NCBI GenBank assembly: GCA_965223845.1
Contig: CBDCXR010000004.1
Coordinates: 5,792,001-5,856,000, forward strand
Direction: 5' to 3'
From: Planctomycetota bacterium
Lineage (GTDB): Bacteria; Planctomycetota; UBA8108; SXIK01
Length of the DNA stretch: 64,000 nt
Positions 55,399 to 64,000 of this stretch are shown here, one piece after another. The notes under the pieces are model-generated. The model saw only the letters and a list, made by a program, of their open reading frames with translations, was not told the origin of the DNA and did no database searches. The first letter of the stretch is position 1; each line of letters opens with the position of its first letter. Made by a program: the position numbers and the translations under genes.

Positions 55399-57216
55399 CT
55401 ACTCGCTCTTCCGGATCAGCTCGATTTCGACTTCGTATTCGCCTCGAGGCAAGTTCGGAGAGAGTTCCGCCGTCTCGAAACCCTTCGCACTCACTTGCAG
55501 CCGGTGTTCCCCGGGCCCGAGGTGTGAGAAACGAAACTCTCCGCGCGCGTTCGTGACCGTTCGCCGGCGCGAGGAGGACGAGACCACCTCGTCGGTGTAC
55601 GTCCAGAGGAGTAAGACGTTTCCTCCTGCGAGCGGTTGACCGCTTTCGGTGACGGCCGTGCCGAAGAGCGTGCGTTCGCCGCGATCGACCACGAGAAAGA
55701 CTTCGCGGACTTGCTCCGCATCGAGATCGATGCCGCTGATCACCGTTGGTGGCGAAGGCGATTCGAACACGATCGAACCCGCGGGGACGCCGTCGACTTC
55801 GAAGCTGCCGTCCGTGCGCGCGACGAACGCTCTTCCCTGCTCGGCGGCCGCGTCACTGGTCGCGGTGAGCTTCACTTGGGGGACGGGATTCCCTTCGACA
55901 TCGATCACCCGGCCGACGAGGCGTCCGTAGCCGACCTCCTCGAGCGCGATCGGGAGCTCGACGTGGGGGGACGCGATCACGAAGTCGCGAGTAGTGAAGT
56001 CGCGAAACATTCGCCGGGGCTGCACCCAGACGTGGTAGTCCTCGGCGTACGGCACGGCCCGAAACTCGAACTCGCCGCGCACACCGGCGACCGCGCGCGC
56101 TTGGAAGCGTCGCGAGGATGATGCGATGCGAATCTGCTGACCGAACGCAGGCGCGCCCGTGGGCGTGACGATCGTGCCCGAAAGCGTGGCGGAGTTCCGC
56201 AGGACACGCAGCTCGGCGTGGAGAAAGAACCCCTGACTCACGGCTTCTGCGTCGAACGCGACGACGTGACTCTTCGGCTCGTACCCCTCGTGCTCGAAGC
56301 GGAGAGTCCGCTGTCGCGGGGCGTTCGCTGCAAACGCGAGCTCGAGCGAGTATCGGCCGGAGTCGTCGGTCTTCGAGGACTGCTTCGGTGATCCGAGTGC
56401 GCTGATCTCGACCCCCGCGAGCGGGAATCCGTCTTCGTCCTTCACGACGCCTTCGACGTGAATCCATTCGTTCTTTGCGACGACGATCGCGACACCTGAA
56501 TCACCCCCGCTCGTCAGGACGGAAGCGCTCGGATAAGACTTCGTCTCCACCGTACGGAGCTCGTACGGGCCATCGGCTAGGTTCGCGAATCTGAACGCGC
56601 CGCTCGAGTCGGTGACGACGGAAGGATCGTCGAGTTCGCGGAGTTCGTGCTCGAGCCCGAGGATCTGTCGTGCGGCGACGACGACCATGCGCTCGACCGG
56701 TTCGCCGGCGGGATCGAGGACCTGTCCGGTGATGGCGCGATCGAAAAGGGGCGCCGTGATCTCGAGGCGGCGGTACTCTCCGTCTTCGAGCTCGATCCGA
56801 ATCGCCGACGTGAGTCGCGGCCGGTCGGAAGCGTCGACCGTGAGCGCGTAGCTCCCCGCGGGGATGGGCGCCCAGTCGACGCGTCCGAGGCCGTCCGTGC
56901 GGGCGGGACGATTTCGCCGCCCGTCCATGAGCGTGACGCGCGCCCCCGCCACGGCGGTTCCGTCCGGGGAGGTGAGAATGACTTCGATCGCGCCGCCCGT
57001 GCCGATCCCGGCGGACGCGACGGGGTCGCCGTCGCTATCCCCGTCGCGCGTGCGCGAACCGATCGCGGGGAGTGCTCTCCCGGAGCGGTGGCGTCCTCCT
57101 CCGACGGACGGACGATCGCGGTCGCTGTGCGCGTCGCCGGTCTTCTCTCCACCGAGCCAAATCGCCCCGACGACGGCGATGACGGCGACCGGCACAATCC
57201 AGTAAAACGGTCTCAA
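55399..57216 (-). CDS. Membrane-anchored carboxypeptidase-regulatory-like (Cna-B/Ig) repeat protein
   Basis: N-terminal TM; about 6 repeats of G.V.D..G.P....V / TD..G.F.F..L..G.Y. Confidence 0.85.
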   Translation of the reverse strand: MRPFYWIVPVAVIAVVGAIWLGGEKTGDAHSDRDRPSVGGGRHRSGRALPAIGSRTRDGDSDGDPVASAGIGTGGAIEVILTSPDGTAVAGARVTLMDGRRNRPARTDGLGRVDWAPIPAGSYALTVDASDRPRLTSAIRIELEDGEYRRLEITAPLFDRAITGQVLDPAGEPVERMVVVAARQILGLEHELRELDDPSVVTDSSGAFRFANLADGPYELRTVETKSYPSASVLTSGGDSGVAIVVAKNEWIHVEGVVKDEDGFPLAGVEISALGSPKQSSKTDDSGRYSLELAFAANAPRQRTLRFEHEGYEPKSHVVAFDAEAVSQGFFLHAELRVLRNSATLSGTIVTPTGAPAFGQQIRIASSSRRFQARAVAGVRGEFEFRAVPYAEDYHVWVQPRRMFRDFTTRDFVIASPHVELPIALEEVGYGRLVGRVIDVEGNPVPQVKLTATSDAAAEQGRAFVARTDGSFEVDGVPAGSIVFESPSPPTVISGIDLDAEQVREVFLVVDRGERTLFGTAVTESGQPLAGGNVLLLWTYTDEVVSSSSRRRTVTNARGEFRFSHLGPGEHRLQVSAKGFETAELSPNLPRGEYEVEIELIRKSE

Positions 57217-57384
57217 GTTTCTCTCCGGATCTTCCGTTCATCGATCACCGGTCCTGCGGAGCGGATTCGCTCGGCTCCGGTCTCTTTCTCTATCGGCGTT
57301 CGGGTGGGACTAGAACGACTCTCGCGGTGGTCGAGACCCATTCGCCGCTCCCCGCCCGACCCCGAGTACTTTGGAGGTGCGATA

Positions 57385-57708
57385 ATGTTGCGCTTAGTTC
57401 TTTCGCTCGTTCTATTCGCGGCCATGGGGACCGCATCCGGTTGCGCGCTCCCGCAGCTTTCGCCCGTCTACGGTGGTCTCATCACGAACGAGGTGAAAGG
57501 CCCCGTCGGTGGAGTCGACAACAGCGTGAAGCCCGAGAAGACCGGTGTTGCGCAGGCTAAGTCCATCGTCTTCTTCGCCGACGGCGATGCGTCGATCACC
57601 GCGGCGATGGCGAACGGTGGGATCACGAAGGTGCATCACGTCGACAGCGAGGTGTTCAGCATTCTCGGGATCTACGCCGTTCATAAGACGATCGTCTACG
57701 GCGAGTGA
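57385..57708 (+). CDS. TRL-like family lipoprotein
   Basis: GGAGG RBS; lipobox-like ASGC; KTG.A...GDASITAAMANGGITKVHHVD...ILGIY...TIVYGE. Confidence 0.88.
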   Translation: MLRLVLSLVLFAAMGTASGCALPQLSPVYGGLITNEVKGPVGGVDNSVKPEKTGVAQAKSIVFFADGDASITAAMANGGITKVHHVDSEVFSILGIYAVHKTIVYGE

Positions 57709-57740
57709 GGAAGGCTGGGAAGGGACGACGCACTGAAGCG

Positions 57741-58238
57741 ATGAGCAGCGACCGAGTCAGCGTCCTCTTCGTGTGTATGGGGAACATCTGCCGCTCCCCG
57801 ATGGGGGAGGCGGCGATGCTGCGTGTCGTCGACGATGCCAAGCTCTCGGATCGCATCCTCGTGGACTCGGCCGGGACGATCAGCTTCCACGTCGGGAAGC
57901 CGCCCGACGCGCGCATGCGTCGCGCGGGCGCGAAGCGCGGCTATGAGTTTCGGAGCCGCGCGCGGCAGATCCACCGGCGCGACCTGCGGCGCTTCGATCT
58001 CATCGTTCCGATGGATCGGTCGAACCTCGAGGACATCCTCCTTCTCGATCCGTCGGCGAAGACGGGTCACATTCGTCTCTTGAGCAGCTTTCTCGGGGAC
58101 GGGTGGGATGTCGACGTGCCCGATCCCTACTACGGGGGCGATGCGGGGTTCGAGTACGTGATCGAGATGGTCGAGGCGGCTTGTCCGGCGATCCTCGCGG
58201 AGCTGCGGGTGAGGCTTGGCGGGGGTGGCACTTCCTAG
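57741..58238 (+). CDS. Low-molecular-weight protein tyrosine phosphatase
   Basis: VCMGNICRSP, DSAGT, DVPDPYYG. Confidence 0.95.
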   Translation: MSSDRVSVLFVCMGNICRSPMGEAAMLRVVDDAKLSDRILVDSAGTISFHVGKPPDARMRRAGAKRGYEFRSRARQIHRRDLRRFDLIVPMDRSNLEDILLLDPSAKTGHIRLLSSFLGDGWDVDVPDPYYGGDAGFEYVIEMVEAACPAILAELRVRLGGGGTS

Positions 58239-58265
58239 CGCCGGCGTGTGGCCGGAAGAAAGAGA

Positions 58266-58290
58266 TCACCACGAAGGGCACGAAGGAAGA
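58266..58290 (+). repeat. Single copy of the CACGAAG-type motif (TCACCACGAAGGGCACGAAGGAAGA)
   Basis: Shares CACGAAGGGC.CGAAG with the arms of the 53.8-54.1 kb inverted repeat; purine-rich intergenic tract. Confidence 0.6.
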
Positions 58291-58320
58291 GCAAGATATT
58301 GAGGGAGAGAGGGAGAGGAT

Positions 58321-59232
58321 TTGGACGCGGCGCTTCGTGCTTCGATCGAAGCTTTGATTGCTGACGAGACCGGTTCTCGAGCGTCGATTGCTGGTGATCG
58401 CGCGGTGAGCGGAGGATGCATCAACGACGCGCGGGTTCTCGCGTTCGACGACGGGCGAAGGTTTTTCGTCAAGTCGAACCCGGCGCCGCTCGACGGCCTA
58501 TTCGAGCGAGAGGCGGAGGGGCTCGCCGCGCTTCGAGACGTAGGGGCGATTCGCGTGCCCGAGCCGATCGGAACGGGAGGCGAGCCGGGAACGGAGGTGC
58601 CGCCCTTCATCGTGATCGAGGCGGTCGAACCCGGGACCGCGAAGCCGAGTTTCCACGCATCGTTCGGTCGCGCCTTTGCCGAGCTTCACCGAAAGTCGGC
58701 CGAAGGCGCCGCTAGCGGCGGTCGCTTCGGCTTCGACCGCGACAACTACATCGGCGCGACGCCGCAGCCGAACTCGTGGTCACGAAATTGGTGCGAGTTT
58801 TGGCGAGACCATCGCCTCGGTTTCCAGCTCGAGCTCGCGCGAAAACTCGGCCGGAGCGACGCGACCCTCGCGCGCCTCGGCGATCGCCTTCTCGGTCGAC
58901 TCGACGCCTACCTCGCCGAGCCCGACGAACCGCCGACTTTGCTCCACGGCGATCTCTGGAGCGGGAACTATATGGTCGACGAGACCGGCGCTCCGGTTCT
59001 CATCGATCCCGCCGTCTACTACGGGCGTCGTGAAGCCGACATCGCGATGACGCGCCTCTTCGGCGGCTTCGGCACGGGGTTCTACGCCGCGTACGAGGAG
59101 GCCTGGCCCTTCGCCGATGGCGCGGGCGTGCGGATCGATCTGTACATGCTCTACCATGTGCTCAATCACCTGAACCTTTTCGGGTCGAGCTACTACGGCC
59201 AGTGCGTGGAGATCCTGCGGCGTTACGTGTGA
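58321..59232 (+). CDS. Fructosamine-3-kinase family protein
   Basis: VSGGCIN, FFVKSN, EAEGL, FGFDRDNYIGATPQPN, LLHGDLWSGN, IDPAVYYG.READ, LFGGF, YHVLNHLNLFG. Confidence 0.93.
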   Translation: MDAALRASIEALIADETGSRASIAGDRAVSGGCINDARVLAFDDGRRFFVKSNPAPLDGLFEREAEGLAALRDVGAIRVPEPIGTGGEPGTEVPPFIVIEAVEPGTAKPSFHASFGRAFAELHRKSAEGAASGGRFGFDRDNYIGATPQPNSWSRNWCEFWRDHRLGFQLELARKLGRSDATLARLGDRLLGRLDAYLAEPDEPPTLLHGDLWSGNYMVDETGAPVLIDPAVYYGRREADIAMTRLFGGFGTGFYAAYEEAWPFADGAGVRIDLYMLYHVLNHLNLFGSSYYGQCVEILRRYV

Positions 59233-59432
59233 GGGACGAGTCCTATAGATGGTCACTTCGCCCCCAAAGAGTGTGACCGTCCGTCTCCTCCTCGCGTTGA
59301 ATCGCTGCGGGGACCGTTCCGCCCGCGGTGTGGAACGCGCACAATGAGAGAGAGTCCGGGGCCGGTGGCTCGGACCGACCGAACCATACCTTCTCCTGGC
59401 AACGAATCGCATCCCTCATGAGAGTGCCATCC

Positions 59433-62108
59433 ATGATTAGTCGAAGACACGCTGCGCTGGGCCTAGCTTCATGGTGTGCATTCGTGTTGATCTCCTCGCC
59501 CGTCCGCGCGGAATCCGTGTCGGTCTTCGCTCGCGAGCCCGCCTCGACGCACGGCTACCGCATTCCCGCGTTCGTGGTCACACGGAAGGGAACTCTGCTC
59601 GCTTTCTGCGAACGCCGAATCGGTCTTCACGATCACGCCGAGAACGACATCGTCCTCCGCCGGAGCACGGATGGCGGTAAGTCGTGGCATCCCATCCAAA
59701 TCATCGCTGACGATGGCGGTGATTCGCTGAACGATCCCTGCGCCGTGGTCCTCCAAACGGGGCGCGTTCTGCTTCGCTACAAGCGCTATCCGAAGGGAGT
59801 TCATCAGCGGAAGAGCGGCCACACCGTGATGGCCGAGCCCGGCTACGGTGGTCCGAAGAACGTCCGCGTTTACCTGACTCATTCAGACGACGACGGCGTG
59901 ACCTGGTCGCCGCGTCGAGAAGTGACTCGCGTCATGCGGCGAGAGTCGTCGATCTCCGTCGGAAGTCCCGGGAACGCGATCCAGCTTACGCGCGGACCGC
60001 ACCGCGACCGAATCGTGTTCGCGAACTACGAAGGGGTGCGACTCTCCGAAACCGAGCGGACGTTTCGAAACTCAGTGTCCTACAGCGACGATGGCGGCAC
60101 GACCTGGAAGCTGAGTGAACCCATCGACGACAGCCCGATCGCGCCGCGAACCGGAAACGAGGCGCAGGTCGTCGAGCTCGCCGACGGATCGATGCTGCTC
60201 AGCGCGCGCGTCACCGCCTCGGTCGGGCGGAAGCTCGTACGCAGCGCCGACGGGGGTGCGACCTGGAAGAACCTGCGGATCGATCTCTCGCTCGAGACGC
60301 CCGCGTGCATGTCGAGCGTTCTTCGCTACTCGTGGCCGGAGGGGGACCGGCCGGGGCTCTTGCTTCATTCTCTCCCCAACACGAAACGGAGTCGCTCGAA
60401 CGGGACGCTGTTCGCGAGTCGCGACGACGGGAAGAACTGGAAAAAGCTCCTTACGATCGAGCCCGACGGGTTCGCATACAGCTGTCTCGCGCGCCTGCCG
60501 AACGGGGACGTCGGCTGTCTTTACGAGACGGGAAGCGGAGCGGGATTTCGCATCGTCTTCAAGCGGATCGCTGCCGCTTCGGTCGGCGGGTCAGCGAGTT
60601 CCTCCAGTACGTCTTCCCCTCCAGAAGAAGAGGCTCGGCGAGATGCTCGATCGCGACGACCCAACATCCTCCTCATCACATCGGAGGATCACAGTCCGGA
60701 CATCGGTTGCTACGGCGACAAAGTCATCGCAACTCCACGTCTCGATCGACTCGCCGCCGAGGGCGTTCGGTTCTCCCGCGCCTACGTTCCCTACTCGGTT
60801 TGTAGCCCATCCCGAGCATCCCTGCTGACGGGACTCTACCCTCATCAAAACGGCCAGATCGGACTCGCGACCCACAAGATGGCGATGTTCCGAGCGTGGC
60901 CGAACATGGTGAGCCTTCTCCGAGGCGCGGGGTATCGAACGGGGATGATCGGAAAGCTGCACGTCAACCCGGCGTCGGCATTCCCTCTCGATTTCCATGA
61001 GTATGCGGGAAGCAATTTTCGCGATCGGCCGGTCCGGCGCTTTGCCGACCGCGCGGAAGCGTTCATGCGGGACGCGGCGGAGACTCCGTTCTTCCTGATG
61101 GTGAACTATCCCGACGCGCACATCCCGCTCTTGGATCGCCAGCACGGACTACCGGAGCGCCCGCTCCGCGCTGCCGAGGTCACGACACCCGCCTACATCG
61201 GAGTCGATACTCCTCGACTTCGAGTGGCCGTCGCGAAGTACTACAACTGCCTCCTCCGTCTGGACGCGGGCATCGGAATGCTGCTCGACGCACTCGCGCG
61301 AACGGGAAAGGAGAAACAAACCCTCGTCATCTGGCTTTCGGATCACGGTACGCCGTTCGCTCGCGGAAAGACGACGGTCTACGAGGCGGGCCTCCGCGTT
61401 CCGCTGATCGTGCGCTGGCCCGGTGTAGCGCGGCGAGGAGCGGTCGAAGATCGGTTTGCCTCTTCGCTCGACCTTCTTCCGACGATCATCGCTGCCGCCG
61501 GAATCGCTGCGCCTGCGTACGCGCTGCCGGGGAGGTCCCTTCTCCCCCTCCTTCGCGGTGATTCCGTCAGCGACTGGCGTCGCTACGTCGTCGGCGTCCA
61601 CGAGGGCTCGTGGTCGCAGACGTATTTGCCGCAGCGCTCGATACGCGACGAACAGTACAAGCTCATCGTGAATCTACTCCCGGATAGGGAGAACCAGCTG
61701 TGCACCTGGTACTACATGAAGGAACACCGCACCCGCTGCCCCACGCCGGAGGAGCTCGCGTCCGCCTCCGAAAACGTGCGGGACGGCTACGCGACCTGGG
61801 CCGAGCATCCCCCGTTCGAGCTGTACGATCTCGAGAAGGATCCACACGAGTTCACGAATCTGGCGAATCGTGAACCGTTCGCCGGCGTGAAAGCGCGGCT
61901 GATGGACGCCTACCGGGAATGGCAGAAGCGAACCGGGGATCCGTTCTCCGACCCGGAGCTTCTCGCGCGGCTCACGCGAGAATTCGACGATCTCGTCGAT
62001 CAGTACGGCGGCACTACGTCCTACCGAAAGGACCCGGCGTTTCGGTGGGATTACCTCGACTACCTCGCGCCGTCGCCGGAGAACTGGCGGAGCGAACGCG
62101 GCCGGTGA
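59433..62108 (+). CDS. Secreted sialidase (GH33-like) - sulfatase fusion
   Basis: YRIP motif, five Asp-boxes (STDGGKSW, SDDDGVTW, SDDGGTTW, SADGGATW, SRDDGKNW), AYSCL; then PNILLI, CSPSRASLLTG, GKLH, SDHG, ELYDLEKDPHE. Confidence 0.92.
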   Translation: MISRRHAALGLASWCAFVLISSPVRAESVSVFAREPASTHGYRIPAFVVTRKGTLLAFCERRIGLHDHAENDIVLRRSTDGGKSWHPIQIIADDGGDSLNDPCAVVLQTGRVLLRYKRYPKGVHQRKSGHTVMAEPGYGGPKNVRVYLTHSDDDGVTWSPRREVTRVMRRESSISVGSPGNAIQLTRGPHRDRIVFANYEGVRLSETERTFRNSVSYSDDGGTTWKLSEPIDDSPIAPRTGNEAQVVELADGSMLLSARVTASVGRKLVRSADGGATWKNLRIDLSLETPACMSSVLRYSWPEGDRPGLLLHSLPNTKRSRSNGTLFASRDDGKNWKKLLTIEPDGFAYSCLARLPNGDVGCLYETGSGAGFRIVFKRIAAASVGGSASSSSTSSPPEEEARRDARSRRPNILLITSEDHSPDIGCYGDKVIATPRLDRLAAEGVRFSRAYVPYSVCSPSRASLLTGLYPHQNGQIGLATHKMAMFRAWPNMVSLLRGAGYRTGMIGKLHVNPASAFPLDFHEYAGSNFRDRPVRRFADRAEAFMRDAAETPFFLMVNYPDAHIPLLDRQHGLPERPLRAAEVTTPAYIGVDTPRLRVAVAKYYNCLLRLDAGIGMLLDALARTGKEKQTLVIWLSDHGTPFARGKTTVYEAGLRVPLIVRWPGVARRGAVEDRFASSLDLLPTIIAAAGIAAPAYALPGRSLLPLLRGDSVSDWRRYVVGVHEGSWSQTYLPQRSIRDEQYKLIVNLLPDRENQLCTWYYMKEHRTRCPTPEELASASENVRDGYATWAEHPPFELYDLEKDPHEFTNLANREPFAGVKARLMDAYREWQKRTGDPFSDPELLARLTREFDDLVDQYGGTTSYRKDPAFRWDYLDYLAPSPENWRSERGR

Positions 62109-62124
62109 GCCTCCCCTCGAAGCA

Positions 62125-63363
62125 TCAGTTCTCCCCCGAGATCCTCCACAGATGCTCGTCGCTCCGCACGAACATCGCGTCTCCCGCGATCGCCGGTGTG
62201 CAGAGAATCGTTTCACCGAAGTCGCTCGTCGCGACGATCTCGCCGCTCTCGCCTCCGAGGGCGACCACCTGCGCGAGTCCCTTCTCGTTGATCGCATAGA
62301 GATGGTTCCCGGCGATGACCGGCGTCGCGCTGAACGGGCCCTCGAGGCGGAGACGCCACTCGATGTCACCCGATTCGAGCGAGGCTGAATGGAGGATCGA
62401 GCCCGCGAGCGCGTAGACGCTGCCGCCTCGCACCGCTGCGCTCGCCGTGCCGAGTCGGAGTCGCCTCTCCTGCCAAAGGACTTCGGGCTCGAGGGTCGCT
62501 TGATCGAGACGGATCGCAGTGATGCCGTTCGAAGGGAGGAGGATCGTCTCGCCGGCGCGCGTCGCGGACGGGATGGCTCCCGCGCCGCCCGGAAACTCCC
62601 ACAATGTGTCACCGGTGAGCGGATCGTGTCCCGTCGTGATCGGAATCGATTGAAGAAGAACCATCGACGCCGCGTTCACTCGAGGAATGACGATCGGCGA
62701 CGTCCAGTTCACTCGCGCGGGGCGATCGATCTTCCATCGGTTCACTCCCGTTTTGATGTCGATTCCGGCGGCGAAGGACTCGCTGTCGTTCTCGACCTGA
62801 ACGATGACCGTTCCCGCGACGATGATCGGCGACGACGACATACCGACCGAGTTGCTAGCCGCGGGATAGTCGTGCGTGAGGCCGCGGACCCATTCGACGT
62901 TGCCGTCGAGGTCGAGACAAACGAGATCGTTCGACGAGTAGAACGCGACGACGCGCTCGCCGTCGCTCGCCGGCGTGGGAGTCGCCATGCACATCTTCGG
63001 ATGGCACTGCGTGAGTCCGGTCGCCCAGAATCGTCGCTCCCAGTGCTTCGTTCCGCTCACCCGATCGAAGGAGAGGACGTGAAGGTTGTTGTCTTCCGCG
63101 CCGCTGCTCGCCGTCAAGATCACGCGATCGCCGACGATGATCGGTGAGGAGAGGCCGCGTCCCGGCAGACCGACCGACCACGCGATCTTCTCGCGCCGCT
63201 CGACGTCCCACGAGGTCGGAATCGATGCCGTCGCCGCGACCGCGCTCGAGTCGCTGCCGCGAAACTGACGCCAGTCTTCGCCGGCGCTGAGGAAACCGCA
63301 GACGAAAAGCGCGATGGGACCGGCGCAGCGGCCGAGCGAGCGTCGGTTTTTCGGGCGCATCAT
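62125..63363 (-). CDS. PQQ-like beta-propeller repeat protein
   Basis: Signal peptide, DWRQFRG, GLSSPII, ATPTPASDG, SSPII, WTSP, ATPVIAG, TPAIAG. Confidence 0.92.
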   Translation of the reverse strand: MMRPKNRRSLGRCAGPIALFVCGFLSAGEDWRQFRGSDSSAVAATASIPTSWDVERREKIAWSVGLPGRGLSSPIIVGDRVILTASSGAEDNNLHVLSFDRVSGTKHWERRFWATGLTQCHPKMCMATPTPASDGERVVAFYSSNDLVCLDLDGNVEWVRGLTHDYPAASNSVGMSSSPIIVAGTVIVQVENDSESFAAGIDIKTGVNRWKIDRPARVNWTSPIVIPRVNAASMVLLQSIPITTGHDPLTGDTLWEFPGGAGAIPSATRAGETILLPSNGITAIRLDQATLEPEVLWQERRLRLGTASAAVRGGSVYALAGSILHSASLESGDIEWRLRLEGPFSATPVIAGNHLYAINEKGLAQVVALGGESGEIVATSDFGETILCTPAIAGDAMFVRSDEHLWRISGEN

Positions 63364-64000
63364 TCTTTCTTCTCCTTGGCTTCGTTGCGCGGCCGCTCGG
63401 GACGCGTCGCCGAGAGGATCGCCGATCCCTTGGCGTCACACACGCGCAGTTGAAACTGCCACGGATCCGCCCAGTCTTCGGTCTGCTCGTTCTGACAAGA
63501 TTTGATCAGGATCGTGTTACCGCCCGCTCGCAATCGTCCCTTGCCGCGGTAGTGGTCGATACGCGTTCCGTGGTGATATTCGTCGCGCGCGAAGATCAGC
63601 TCTCCGTTCAGCCACAGCTTGAACGCGTTCTCCGTTCCGATGCGGATCTCGGCTTCGCGCGCCCGCGCGCTCGTAAACTCGGTCGCAGCGTAGGCGGCGA
63701 CGCCTTTTTCGTGCGCGATCTCGCGATTGAGGTCGACGATGCCGTACTCGTCCGTCGTGACGTGCTTCTTCCATTGGACCGGACCGTGTTTCCCATCGTA
63801 CTTCGACTCGAAGTGGACGGGGCGCAGCGGAACGATCGTCTCGGGCGCGTATTCCGCGGCGTATCCGCGCTGGACGCCCGCCTCGTTCTTCGTGCTGTCG
63901 AACGGCCCGACGAGATGCCAATCGAGGATGAAGCCGAAGTGCCGGGCGACATCGACCTCGCGCCCGAGCTTTCGGAGTCGCTTCGTGATCTCCCGTACCT
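63360..64000 (-). CDS. Hypothetical protein, C-terminal beta-sandwich part (5' end outside window)
   Basis: Hand translation: ...RHFGFILDWHLVGPFD...YDGKHGPVQW...YGIVDLN...AYA...FKLWLNG...GNTILIKSCQNEQTEDWA..WQFQLRVCD; TGA at 63360-63362 overlaps the next ATG. Confidence 0.85.
   Translation of the reverse strand, partial: VREITKRLRKLGREVDVARHFGFILDWHLVGPFDSTKNEAGVQRGYAAEYAPETIVPLRPVHFESKYDGKHGPVQWKKHVTTDEYGIVDLNREIAHEKGVAAYAATEFTSARAREAEIRIGTENAFKLWLNGELIFARDEYHHGTRIDHYRGKGRLRAGGNTILIKSCQNEQTEDWADPWQFQLRVCDAKGSAILSATRPERPRNEAKEKKE

Overview
High-GC bacterial chromosomal DNA. The gene content (PQQ-type beta-propeller, sialidase-sulfatase fusion, ThuA fusion, tandem PDZ proteases, carboxypeptidase-regulatory repeat protein) suggests Planctomycetota; this is an inference. 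It holds about 39 protein genes and 2 tRNAs (Ser-GCT, Gly-GCC). Housekeeping genes: a divergent dnaA cut by the left edge and missed by the ORF track, fabZ, pyrE, a five-gene Opp/Dpp ABC operon, glgC, an unusually long GlmS-like protein, an RluA-type synthase and a hybrid histidine kinase. Two candidate uncharacterised systems stand out. (1) A lower-GC three-gene operon at 29.2-36.2 kb: TIR/SEFIR-TIR-AAA ATPase, then AAA ATPase-TM-large extracytoplasmic region-FGE fold, then a lipoprotein. It looks like a membrane-spanning NLR/TIR-like conflict system. (2) A co-oriented cluster at 47.6-55.3 kb: non-catalytic FGE fold, helical protein, atypical Hsp70 with a CxxC...CxxC insert, lipoprotein, Ycf46-like AAA, DUF1257, DUF2997 and an orphan NrdG-like radical SAM. 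A ~340-bp inverted-repeat element interrupts it. Other oddities: an HtrA trio with two catalytically dead members, an OppB permease with PKD/Ig-like repeats, and a STAS-REC-anti-sigma kinase fusion. No CRISPR array, rRNA, integrase or transposase was seen. All domain calls come from reading motifs by eye; no database searches were run.
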